Shown piece after piece: positions 8,211 through 16,923 of a stretch of DNA of 64,000 nt. The position numbers were made by a program, and so were the translations under genes. Source of the DNA: Candidatus Latescibacterota bacterium (lineage in GTDB: Bacteria > Latescibacterota > UBA2968 > UBA8231); contig OZ220090.1 of assembly GCA_964291625.2 (NCBI GenBank), positions 160,001-224,000 of the forward strand, given 5' to 3'. The notes under the pieces were generated by a model. That model was not told the DNA's origin. It did not search any database and saw only the letters and a program-made list of their open reading frames with translations. Position 1 is the stretch's first letter, and the number at the start of each line of letters is the position of its first letter.

Positions 8211-9503
8211 TCACCCGGTCACGAAGCGTTCGTAGACCTCGCGGGTCCTCGCCGCCATCAGCTCGTCGCCGCGGCTCTCGTGCACGGCGGCCCGGCCCCG
8301 GCGCCCGAGCCGCAGGCGCCGCTCCTCGTCGTCGTAGAGCGTCTGCAGGCCCGCGGCCACCGCCTCCGGCTCGGCCGCGTCCACCAGCAGCCCGCCGCCG
8401 GTGCCCTCCACCAGTTCCGGGTAGGCCCCGTGCCGGGGCTGCACCACGGGGACGCCGTTGGCCAGCGCCTCGAGCACGTACAGCCCCTTGGGCTCGTGGT
8501 AGGGGGCCGGCACGGTCAGGGCGTGCAGGCCCCGAAGGAACTCGATCTTGCCGGCGCGGTCCACGCTGCCTCGGTACTCGAAGCCGAGGCCGTCGCGTTC
8601 CAGCCCGCCCTTCACCTCCTCGAAGTACTCCCGGTCCGCCGGCCCCAGCCAGCCGGCCGCCTCGAGTCGCACGGCCTCCGGCCCCAGGCGCTCGGCCAGC
8701 AGGCGCAGGGCCCCGGCGGCCACGTGCAGGCCCTTCTCCGGGCAGATGCGGGCCAGGAAGCCGATTCGGAACGGTCCGGGCTCCCGGGCTTCCTCCGGCG
8801 GCGGGCCGTGCCCCTCCAGCCGCAGGCCGAGGGGCACCACGTGGAAGCGGTCCCGCCGCACCTCCAGGTATCCGGCCATGAAGTCGGCGTACGCGGCGCT
8901 CGGCGACAGGAACCCGTCCACCTCGGCGGCGCGCCTTCGCAGCTCCTCCCGGGCCTGCGCCCGGTACGGCTCCACCAGCCGGTCGAGGAAGATCTCCTCC
9001 CCCTGAACGCCGCACAGGACCGGCCGGCCGAGGGCCCGCTTCAGGGGTCCCGCCAGGCCGGCGAGCATGCTGTTGGTGAGCTGCACCAGGTCGGGGCGCA
9101 GCTCCCTCGCCAGCCACCGGCACAGCTCCTCCAGCTGCCGGCGCTGGCGCCCCTCCTCGCCCCGCAGGACCGAGAGGGTGAGGGCCCCCAGGTCGCGGGC
9201 CTCGGTGGCGCCGCCGAAGCGGTCGGCGGCCCAGCGCAGCAGGCCCGGCCGGTCGAGGGGGCGCGTCACCCAGGAGGGCAGGCGCCGCACGAGGGCGGAC
9301 TTCTGCGCCAGGTAGACGCCGATGCCGCCGTAGAACACCCGCTCCAGGCTGACATCCTCCTCGTCGGTGCGCAGCGGCGTGTAGGTCGGGACGAGGGCGA
9401 CATCGACGCCGAGGCCGGTGAGGGCCGCCGCCAGGGTGTTGTCGTGGATGCAGCTGCCGCAGTACATGCCGCCGGCGCCGGCGGTGATGTAGGCGACGCG
9501 CAC
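8211..9503 (-). CDS. Glycosyltransferase family 4
   Basis: ARICPEKG, EPKGLYVLEALANGVPVV GT-B motif. Unusual N-terminal GMYCGSC. Confidence 0.9.
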   Translation of the reverse strand: MRVAYITAGAGGMYCGSCIHDNTLAAALTGLGVDVALVPTYTPLRTDEEDVSLERVFYGGIGVYLAQKSALVRRLPSWVTRPLDRPGLLRWAADRFGGATEARDLGALTLSVLRGEEGRQRRQLEELCRWLARELRPDLVQLTNSMLAGLAGPLKRALGRPVLCGVQGEEIFLDRLVEPYRAQAREELRRRAAEVDGFLSPSAAYADFMAGYLEVRRDRFHVVPLGLRLEGHGPPPEEAREPGPFRIGFLARICPEKGLHVAAGALRLLAERLGPEAVRLEAAGWLGPADREYFEEVKGGLERDGLGFEYRGSVDRAGKIEFLRGLHALTVPAPYHEPKGLYVLEALANGVPVVQPRHGAYPELVEGTGGGLLVDAAEPEAVAAGLQTLYDDEERRLRLGRRGRAAVHESRGDELMAARTREVYERFVTG

Positions 9504-9509
9504 CGCGGC

Positions 9510-10970
9510 TCAGGCCCGGGGGAAGAAGCGGTCGACGACGGCCCGGTCCGGCGGCCTCGTGGCTAGCGACACGAGGATCATGGCCGCCGCCGAGACCGCG
9601 AGGATCACGGCCACGGGCATGACGCCGCCGGCCAGGGCATGGTCCGGGCTCTGCCAGCCGCGGACGAAGAACCAGGTCCACAGCACCACGACGCTGGCGA
9701 TGGAGGCGAAGGCCCCCCAGCGGGTGCTGCGCCGCCAGAACACGGCCGCCGCCACCACCGGGAAGAGGGAGGCGAAGCCGGTGAAGGACCAGACCCCGAG
9801 CTGGAAGATCGAGCGGTTCGAGACCTGGGCCAGGACGTAGGCGACGATGAGGACGAGTGCCACGAAGAGGCGGCCGTAGAGGACCTGCTGGCGCTCGGAC
9901 ATGCGGTCGTGGAAGCCGTAGTGGCGGACCACGTCCTGGGTGAACATGGTGCCCACCGACAGGGACTGGGAGTCGAGGGAGGACATGACGGCGGCGAAGA
10001 CCCCGGCCGCAAGCAGGCCGGCCATCACCTCCGGGGCGTGGAGATCTATCAGGCGCACGAGGATCGAGTTGGCTGCCGGGCCTTGGAGGGCCGGGAAGTC
10101 GAGGCGGCCGGCGACGCCGAGGACGACGCTGGGCACCCACACGGCGGCGATGCACAGCGGGTAGAGGACCAGGGGGGTGCGGAAGGTGCCGGCGCTGCGC
10201 GCCGTGAGCCAGTGCATGAACATGTGCGGGAACATGCCCACAGACAGGGGGATGCAGGTGTAGGTGAGCAGCTTCAGGGGCTTGATGTGGTCGCCGCGCA
10301 CCAGCAGGTCGGGATGGGACTCGCCCAGGGCCGTCATCACCGCCCGCAGCCCCCCCAGCTGGCTGATGATGACGTAGAAGGCGACTCCGCCGAGGATGGT
10401 GAAGACCAGGGTCTGGAAGGCGTTGGCCCAGGCGGTGCCGCGCAGGCCGCCGTAGCAGACGTAGGTCATGACCACGGCGCAGACCAGCAGGCCGCCGGCC
10501 CACTCGGGCACCTGGCCGCCGGTGATCTGCTGCAGCGTCAGGCCGCCGGCCATGATGCCGATCAGCAGGTAGGGCACCAGCAGGGCCACGAGAACGACGA
10601 AGAGCGCCAGGCCGAGACCGTCCGACTGCCAGCGCTGGCGGAAGAACTGGGCCTGGGTCAGGAAGCCGTGGCGCTTGCCGAGGGCCCAGACGCGGGTGCC
10701 GACGAAGAAGAACACGCACGGGATGACCAGGGCCGAGGAGGAAGCCATGAGGGAGAACACGCCGATGCCCTCGTGGTAGGCCTCGCCCGAGGCCCCGAGG
10801 ATGGCGAAGGCCGTCATGTTGGTCCCGAAGAGGGACATGAGCAGCAGGAAGGGGCCGATGGAGCGGCTGGCCACGAAGTAGTCCTCGCCCGTGCCCCGGA
10901 AGAGCCGGTGGCTCAGGGAGCCGACGAGGATCACCAGGCCGAGGTAGACGGCGATGACGGCGAGGGTCAT
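9510..10970 (-). CDS. Sodium:solute symporter family protein
   Basis: EDYFVASRS, YGGLRGTAW, FAAVMSSLDS, many TM helices. Start re-called to ATG 10970. Confidence 0.92.
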   Translation of the reverse strand: MTLAVIAVYLGLVILVGSLSHRLFRGTGEDYFVASRSIGPFLLLMSLFGTNMTAFAILGASGEAYHEGIGVFSLMASSSALVIPCVFFFVGTRVWALGKRHGFLTQAQFFRQRWQSDGLGLALFVVLVALLVPYLLIGIMAGGLTLQQITGGQVPEWAGGLLVCAVVMTYVCYGGLRGTAWANAFQTLVFTILGGVAFYVIISQLGGLRAVMTALGESHPDLLVRGDHIKPLKLLTYTCIPLSVGMFPHMFMHWLTARSAGTFRTPLVLYPLCIAAVWVPSVVLGVAGRLDFPALQGPAANSILVRLIDLHAPEVMAGLLAAGVFAAVMSSLDSQSLSVGTMFTQDVVRHYGFHDRMSERQQVLYGRLFVALVLIVAYVLAQVSNRSIFQLGVWSFTGFASLFPVVAAAVFWRRSTRWGAFASIASVVVLWTWFFVRGWQSPDHALAGGVMPVAVILAVSAAAMILVSLATRPPDRAVVDRFFPRA

Positions 10971-11194
10971 GGCCGCTCCTCCCCCTGCCGGTCGAGGTGC
11001 GCCGGCCAGGCGTGGGTCACCAGCAGGTAGAGCATCCCCGCGGCGGCGGCGCAGAAGGCGACATGGTAGACCAGCCCCGCCGGCAGCCCCGCCACCAGGC
11101 GGCCATCGTCCCACAGCCACAGGTCGTTGTGCAGCAGGTAGAGGATCCCCAGCAGGACGTAGACCATCCCGCGGGCGCGGGTCATACTAGGCAT
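10967..11194 (-). CDS. DUF3311-like small membrane partner of SSS transporters (intact copy)
   Basis: LHNDLWLWDDGRLVAGLP two-helix protein, ATGA-coupled to the SSS gene. Confidence 0.8.
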   Translation of the reverse strand: MPSMTRARGMVYVLLGILYLLHNDLWLWDDGRLVAGLPAGLVYHVAFCAAAAGMLYLLVTHAWPAHLDRQGEERP

Positions 11195-11387
11195 GCGCTC
11201 TCCCCGGTTTCGCTGGCGGGCGGCAGAATCCGCCGGAAGCTCCTCCATCGAAGGTCGTTCACTCTCACCCCCGGCGCCAACGACACGCCCCGCCGGTCTC
11301 GATGGGAGCCAGGGTCAATAGTAGATCGTAGCGCCGAGCCCTCCGAGTACCGCGGAGTGGGCCGAGGGGGCTTGAAGTCAGAAGAAT

Positions 11388-11423
11388 CGGGCAGAAAAAC
11401 CCGGAAGCGGGCGGATCTGCCCG
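11388..11423 (+). promoter_or_regulatory. Two 16-bp imperfect palindromes, candidate upstream activator sequences for a sigma-54 enhancer-binding protein
   Basis: CGGGCAGAAAAACCCG (11388-11403) and CGGGCGGATCTGCCCG (11408-11423), 20 bp apart, about 70-100 bp upstream of the -24 element. Confidence 0.65.
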
Positions 11424-11488
11424 GAACAGGGTACCTGTTCAGCAGTCACTATGACCGCCATTCGGTGGGAATCCCTCCGCCGAGGTAT

Positions 11489-11505
11489 CTGGCACGGGAC
11501 TCGCT
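11489..11505 (+). promoter_or_regulatory. Sigma-54 (-24/-12) promoter of the helicase operon
   Basis: CTGGCACGGGACTCGCT versus consensus YTGGCACGNNNNTTGCW. GG at 11491-92 and GC at 11503-04 have exact spacing. About 60 bp before the helicase ATG, and the operon encodes a GAFTGA activator. Confidence 0.78.
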
Positions 11506-11565
11506 TGTCTGTCGGCCGTGCCGCCATTGGGCGGCTCAGGCAACCAACGACAAGGAGAAAGGACC

Positions 11566-14178
11566 ATGAGGAGGATGGCGCCGCTACACTATCTGAACTT
11601 GGGAGTCCCCAGCCCCGATGACCTCAGGCGTCGAGCGGTCGGGGAGCTCAGGATGTTCCACGAATTCCTCAAGCGGACACGCGACTACCTGACGAGTGAG
11701 GGTGGGAAGCGGGTCACTTGGTGCCGTGGTGACTCGCCGGCCAACGGCAACGGCGATGGGCCAGCTGAGACCGATGGAGAATGGATCCAGTTGACCGAGC
11801 CGCCGGGCCGGCGCAATGAGCCGGAGGCCACTCTTCGGGCATTCCTCGACGAGAACGTGAATGAGGTCTACGAGGCCGAGCCATCCGCCGAACGCCGGGA
11901 ACCGGGTGGGCGTCCTGGCGACTGGCCCTTCAATCGACAGCACAAGATCGACGTGATCGACCGGGACCCCGAGAAGCACCAATTGCTGCTTGAGCGAGTT
12001 CCGGATCTGCCCGAGCTCCTGCTCCAGCCCAACACCTGGCAAATCAAGTGCCAGATCCACGCGCTGCGGGCGCTTCAGTATTCGCCTGCGCCCGCTCACC
12101 GCCCTTTGTTGCGTCTCTTCGAACGTCTCGACCCGGCTCACTGGCCGCTCTTCGAACCGGAGCCCATCGGGGAACCGGACTGGATGGTGCTGACAGACCA
12201 GGACCCCCCCGGGACCGACGAACAACGTCGATTCGTCCAGCGGGCCCTCGGGACGCCGGACTTCGCCTTTCTCGAAGGACCGCCCGGCTCGGGAAAGACC
12301 ACGGCGATCTGCGAGCTGGTGCTCCAACTCGCGAAACGCGGGAAGCGGGTGCTGCTCTGCGCCTCGACGCATGTCGCGGTCGACAATGTGCTCGAGCGTC
12401 TGATGGAAGAGAAAGAGTCCAACTGCCACCGCGATCTGGTGATCCCGGTCCGCATCGGAGACCGCCGGAAGGTCTCCGAGAAGGCGCTCCCGTGGCAGCT
12501 CGAGTGCTTCGTCCGAACCGAGAGGGCGCGTCTGCTCAGGGAGCTCGGGAAGCTTGGGCGACTTGGCTCTCTCACGCCGTCGCAGGAAGCACTGCTGGAC
12601 GCGCTGCGCCCGGACACCTCGGCCATCGAGCGCTTGGTTCTTGATGCCGCAAACCTCGTTTGCGGGACCACCATCGGGATCCTCCAGCATCCGGACATCA
12701 AGTCGGGCGGCCACGCCAGCCCCGACTTCGACGTGCTCATCGTCGATGAAGCCTCCAAGACGTCGTTCCAGGAGTTCCTGGTCCCCGCGTTGCTGGCCAA
12801 GCGGTGGGTCCTCGTCGGCGACCCGAAGCAACTCTCTCCGTACGTCGATGATGAGGAGATGGCGGTGAACATCGAGGCGTGCCTTCCGGATGCGGCGACC
12901 CGGAACGCCTGCATTGACGCCTTCATGGCCGGGCATCACGATCGCCGGAAACGACGCACCGCAGTCGTCGTCGCAGAGGACGAACGAACCCGCCAAGTGT
13001 ACCTCGAGCAGTGCGCTGCCCAGGGCGTAGAGCTCGCCGAAGCGGACCACGATGACGACGTACTCACGGACGCGGGCGTCGTTATCGGAACAGTCACCGC
13101 GCTGGAGCGGAGGGCGGATGAGCTGCCGCTCGACCAGGCGACGGTTCGTTGCCCGGAGAACACGCTGCATGTCGTGCATCGGCGGAATCGCCTTGCCGGA
13201 CGGCACCGCGAAGAACTGCCGGCGTGGGCGTCGGAAGTAGGTTGGCGCCTCGCGAGGTCATACGAGCAGCGTTTCGCAGAGAAACCGGACAATTCGATCG
13301 GCAACCGGCGAACCACCGCGGAACGCCTGGTCCAGGACGTGGAGAAGCTGCTCCCTGTATCTGAAACTGGGACAGATTCCGAACTCGTACGTCAAGAGAT
13401 CGATCGTGTCCGCCGCGTCGCCCTTCCGTCCGTTCTCGAATCGCTGCGTCACGGGTTTGAGCGAACTCCGCGTCAACGGACCGGCTCCGCACTCTCGGAT
13501 GGCCTTCCGTCGTCCGTGCGCGATCCTCGGCACGTCCTTCTGAGCTGGCAGCACCGCATGCATCCCGAGATCGCGGCGTTCTCCCATGAACACGTCTACG
13601 ACCGAGAGGCGCTCGAGACTCCGGAATCCATGGAGGGCGAGCGCAGGTGGAGCTACCCGCGCTACGCTCACCATGCCGTCTGGCGCGACGCTCCTGGCCG
13701 CTTCGACGGGCGCCTCAACTGCAACAAGGACGAAGCCCGATCGGTTGTGTGCGAGCTGCGTCACTTCGATGAGTGGGCGCGCGTGAACCCGCCGCCGAAC
13801 GGCTACCTGTGGGAGGCCGCGGTCCTGACGTTCTACCGGGGACAGGAGCGGGAGACACGTCGCTGTCTCCAAGAATGGACCGGACAGAGAGACTTCAAGC
13901 GAGGGCAGAAGGAGCGGCCATACCTCCACATCAAGCTGTGCACCATCGACCGTTTCCAGGGGCACGAGGCCGACATCGTGCTGATCAGCATCGCCCGGCC
14001 CCACGCAACGAGCTTCTTGGAGAGCCCGAATCGCCTGAACGTCGCCCTGACGAGAGCGCGCTACCAGCGCGTCGTCATCGGCAACCGGCAGGGGATGCTC
14101 CAGGCCCGGGGAACCTTGCTGGAAACGTTGGCCAAGAGTGAGCCGTGGGATACGGACATCCACAGGAGGCAGCAATGA
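11566..14178 (+). CDS. Superfamily 1 (Upf1/DNA2/IGHMBP2-like) helicase
   Basis: GPPGSGKTT, ASTHVAVDN, IVDEAS, LVGDPKQL, QHRMHPEI, TIDRFQGHEAD, RLNVALTRAR. RBS AGGAGAAAGGA before ATG 11566. Long insertion between motifs III and IV. Confidence 0.93.
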   Translation: MRRMAPLHYLNLGVPSPDDLRRRAVGELRMFHEFLKRTRDYLTSEGGKRVTWCRGDSPANGNGDGPAETDGEWIQLTEPPGRRNEPEATLRAFLDENVNEVYEAEPSAERREPGGRPGDWPFNRQHKIDVIDRDPEKHQLLLERVPDLPELLLQPNTWQIKCQIHALRALQYSPAPAHRPLLRLFERLDPAHWPLFEPEPIGEPDWMVLTDQDPPGTDEQRRFVQRALGTPDFAFLEGPPGSGKTTAICELVLQLAKRGKRVLLCASTHVAVDNVLERLMEEKESNCHRDLVIPVRIGDRRKVSEKALPWQLECFVRTERARLLRELGKLGRLGSLTPSQEALLDALRPDTSAIERLVLDAANLVCGTTIGILQHPDIKSGGHASPDFDVLIVDEASKTSFQEFLVPALLAKRWVLVGDPKQLSPYVDDEEMAVNIEACLPDAATRNACIDAFMAGHHDRRKRRTAVVVAEDERTRQVYLEQCAAQGVELAEADHDDDVLTDAGVVIGTVTALERRADELPLDQATVRCPENTLHVVHRRNRLAGRHREELPAWASEVGWRLARSYEQRFAEKPDNSIGNRRTTAERLVQDVEKLLPVSETGTDSELVRQEIDRVRRVALPSVLESLRHGFERTPRQRTGSALSDGLPSSVRDPRHVLLSWQHRMHPEIAAFSHEHVYDREALETPESMEGERRWSYPRYAHHAVWRDAPGRFDGRLNCNKDEARSVVCELRHFDEWARVNPPPNGYLWEAAVLTFYRGQERETRRCLQEWTGQRDFKRGQKERPYLHIKLCTIDRFQGHEADIVLISIARPHATSFLESPNRLNVALTRARYQRVVIGNRQGMLQARGTLLETLAKSEPWDTDIHRRQQ

Positions 14179-15404
14179 ACAGCAACATCATTCTGGAACG
14201 ATCCGTGCCGGTCAAGTGCTGGCATGTCCTCGGTAAGATCGCCAAGGCCAGGGAGCGGCCCGAGCTCATGCCCGTCCTCCTCCGGGCGCGCGAAACCGGC
14301 GGGTCGCAGGCGTGCGACTTGGCAAGGCACTTGCTCTTTGAGCCCCGGGCACGACGTGTTGTCGGGGAGCGGCTCCTGCACATCGCACACGCCTATGGTC
14401 TCGTCAAGAAGAAGGAGCCGGAGCAAGGAGCGTCGAGCATCCGGGCGAGCGGCGTTCCCCTCCTCTCCTTCAGCATCCCTCGGATAGACCCTTGGAAGGA
14501 GCCCAGCGCGTCCGAGGGGATCCGTGGGGAGGAGGAGCGTGATGGCGTCTTCGCTCTCACCGAGGACGGGGAGACGGCCATCGACACCGGGGAGGTGCTG
14601 GTGCCCGAGTACGGAACCTGGAGCATCTGGGAGAGTGAGGATGCCCTTCTCCCCTCTCGGATCCTTCGGATCGCCCCGTGGGAGGAGCCCAGCGCGTACA
14701 ACGAGGTTCGCGGTAAGGAACAGGAAAGGGCACGGCGGCCGGTGCCTCTGCCGGACTGGCTTCGCAAGGTCGCCGGAAAACCCTTTAAGCCTGCTGCCGG
14801 GGATGCCGCGGTAGTCCGTATCGATGAACTCAAGGAAAGAGCAGAGGTCGTCGATGGATCTCTCCGGCTGAGTTGGAACGTCGGCGACGGAAGATTGCAG
14901 CTCACCGGAACTCTGGAAGGGCAGCCGGTGTCATCCGATCTGGAAGCGCCGTCCATGTCGCGAGATCAGATCTGGTCTCACCTCCTTGAAGGGGAAGATC
15001 TCCTATGGCGGTGGGACATTGATGGCAGCAAACTCCGTGTCAGCTTCGAGGAGACCAACGACACCGAACGCGAGGCCATGTCCAGGGATTTTGAGTTCGA
15101 TTCCCCCACCATTCCCGGTTACGGGAAGTTCGATTCCGTCACCGTTCCCGGGGTTTCGACCATGGCCGAATCGGAGGCCGACGCGCAATCGTGGGCGGAG
15201 TGGCGCCTGCAAGCACGGATCCGCGACTACGCCACGTCCGAGCGCTATGCGACTTGGCGCAAAGAGGCGGCTGATCCCTTCGACCAGTACGAGGTGGAAC
15301 TCCCAACCCGAACGGAACTTCACAACGAGTTCTGGAACCGGACGACCAACGTTCCCGAGTTGCGAGCTTGGCGCCTCGCTGCCGCCGAAGATTGGAGATT
15401 GTAG
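14175..15404 (+). CDS. Hypothetical protein, possible N-terminal winged helix, with an internal 40-codon duplication
   Basis: ATGA-coupled to the helicase, AGGAGG RBS. AYGLV...FALTEDG resembles a wHTH wing. Confidence 0.8.
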   Translation: MNSNIILERSVPVKCWHVLGKIAKARERPELMPVLLRARETGGSQACDLARHLLFEPRARRVVGERLLHIAHAYGLVKKKEPEQGASSIRASGVPLLSFSIPRIDPWKEPSASEGIRGEEERDGVFALTEDGETAIDTGEVLVPEYGTWSIWESEDALLPSRILRIAPWEEPSAYNEVRGKEQERARRPVPLPDWLRKVAGKPFKPAAGDAAVVRIDELKERAEVVDGSLRLSWNVGDGRLQLTGTLEGQPVSSDLEAPSMSRDQIWSHLLEGEDLLWRWDIDGSKLRVSFEETNDTEREAMSRDFEFDSPTIPGYGKFDSVTVPGVSTMAESEADAQSWAEWRLQARIRDYATSERYATWRKEAADPFDQYEVELPTRTELHNEFWNRTTNVPELRAWRLAAAEDWRL

Positions 15405-15415
15405 TGGAGATCCCC

Positions 15416-16918
15416 ATGGAGCACTGGACAGAAGAGGTCACTTCTACTGTTGATCAGCGTCACTATCGCCTGCCACCCACGTGGGTACTGCGCAAACCTG
15501 GGCCCCCCGACCAGCTCGAACTGGGGAATGCAGTCCACATCTCAGGAAAGGGCGGGAAGCTGAGAGGGAGAGTCACCGCTCTCCTCGCCTCCGCAAGACA
15601 GAAGGCCGTGGTCTCGAGCTTCCTGATTGCCGACCGCGAGGTCGAAGACGCGATCCTCCAAGCCGCGAAGCGAGGCGTGCGGGTGTATGTGATGCTCGCC
15701 TCGGAGAAGCGTCTCGAAGGCGAGCCCCGCGACGGGGAGTTTCAACGGCGTGTGCTTGACGAGCACAAGGACATGTTGGGCCGCCTTGGTGGCTACGTCC
15801 TGATTCGTTCGGCTCCGCATTTTCATGCCAAGTTGGTACTGGTCGATCCCGAAGCAAGCCCGACGGGGATGTTACTCACAGCGAACCTCACGACCGAAGC
15901 CCTTCGTCGAAACGAGGAGTTGGCCGTCGATTTGAGGCCGGAGGAAGTGAGAGAAGCTGCCGAACTCCTTCGATGGGCAATGTGGGAAGACGCCGAGCAC
16001 GAGTTGGTGGAACCGGGGAACTTTCGCGCAGTGAAGCCTCTCGGCAGCGTCGGCCACCCGGCCCCGTTGCCGCATGTCCTGGCAACCACGTCCTCCGCCG
16101 CTCAACTTCGGGAGGAGGCCGTCGATCTCATCGACAGCGCCGCCCGGGAACTCATCGTCGCGAGCTACGGATGGGCCGCCGACCATCCGGTTGTTGAGCG
16201 TCTCTGCGCACGTGCTCGCGAGGGACTGACAATCACCGTGCTGGCGCGCATTCGTCTCCGCTCCATGCCGGCTCTCCTCGCGCTCTCGGAGACGGGTGCC
16301 AGGGTCCTCGGATTCAAGTGGCTGCACGCCAAAGCGCTGTGGGCCGATTCGGGCAGGGGGCTGGTCATGTCCGCGAACTTGGAGAAGCACGGGCTCGACG
16401 GCGGCTTCGAGCTGGGCCTGCGGTTGGAAGGCGAGCGGGCCAAGGAGCTTCGGACGCGCCTCCGGGGATGGTCCAGTCAGGCGGCGTGGGAGCTCCGACT
16501 CGCGCCTGCATTGGGCGAAGTGGCCGGAGAAGTGCGCGTCTGGCACCAGAACCAATTGCTTGACCGGGACGTGAAACCATCCCTCCAGGTCGATCTCGGC
16601 TCGGTGACGGCCGCATCGGCGCTCGATCTGAAGGCGCCGGATCTACAACCCCCGAGTATCAATGGGCTGCCACAACCCGCACACGAGCTTGAGTGCCGAT
16701 GGCTGGTTCGAGCACCGGAACTGCACCCGGAGGCAAGGGAAGTCACACAGCCTGCCAGCGACAGGAAGGGGGAGCCGACTCCGTACAAGCCCCCCGTGTT
16801 CAAGGAGCCGGGCGGGAAGGTTGTCGTGGCGGTCCAATCCCCGAAAGAGATCCCGAGGGCCCGCCAAGTCGCGGCAGAGGTCGGGGCGGCGGCGGTCGTC
16901 GTTCGAGCGAAGGCCTGA
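15416..16918 (+). CDS. Phospholipase D-family nuclease with two HKD motifs
   Basis: HAKLVLVD..TANLT..NEELAV and HAKALWAD..SANL..FELG. No signal peptide or TM anchor. Confidence 0.88.
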   Translation: MEHWTEEVTSTVDQRHYRLPPTWVLRKPGPPDQLELGNAVHISGKGGKLRGRVTALLASARQKAVVSSFLIADREVEDAILQAAKRGVRVYVMLASEKRLEGEPRDGEFQRRVLDEHKDMLGRLGGYVLIRSAPHFHAKLVLVDPEASPTGMLLTANLTTEALRRNEELAVDLRPEEVREAAELLRWAMWEDAEHELVEPGNFRAVKPLGSVGHPAPLPHVLATTSSAAQLREEAVDLIDSAARELIVASYGWAADHPVVERLCARAREGLTITVLARIRLRSMPALLALSETGARVLGFKWLHAKALWADSGRGLVMSANLEKHGLDGGFELGLRLEGERAKELRTRLRGWSSQAAWELRLAPALGEVAGEVRVWHQNQLLDRDVKPSLQVDLGSVTAASALDLKAPDLQPPSINGLPQPAHELECRWLVRAPELHPEAREVTQPASDRKGEPTPYKPPVFKEPGGKVVVAVQSPKEIPRARQVAAEVGAAAVVVRAKA

Positions 16919-16923
16919 TTCCA

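Noticed and set aside
11195-11340. Possible remnant of a HAD 3' end (MEELPA) upstream of the intact DUF3311 copy
   Set aside because: Similarity to the HAD C-terminus (LAELPG) is too short to distinguish from chance by eye.
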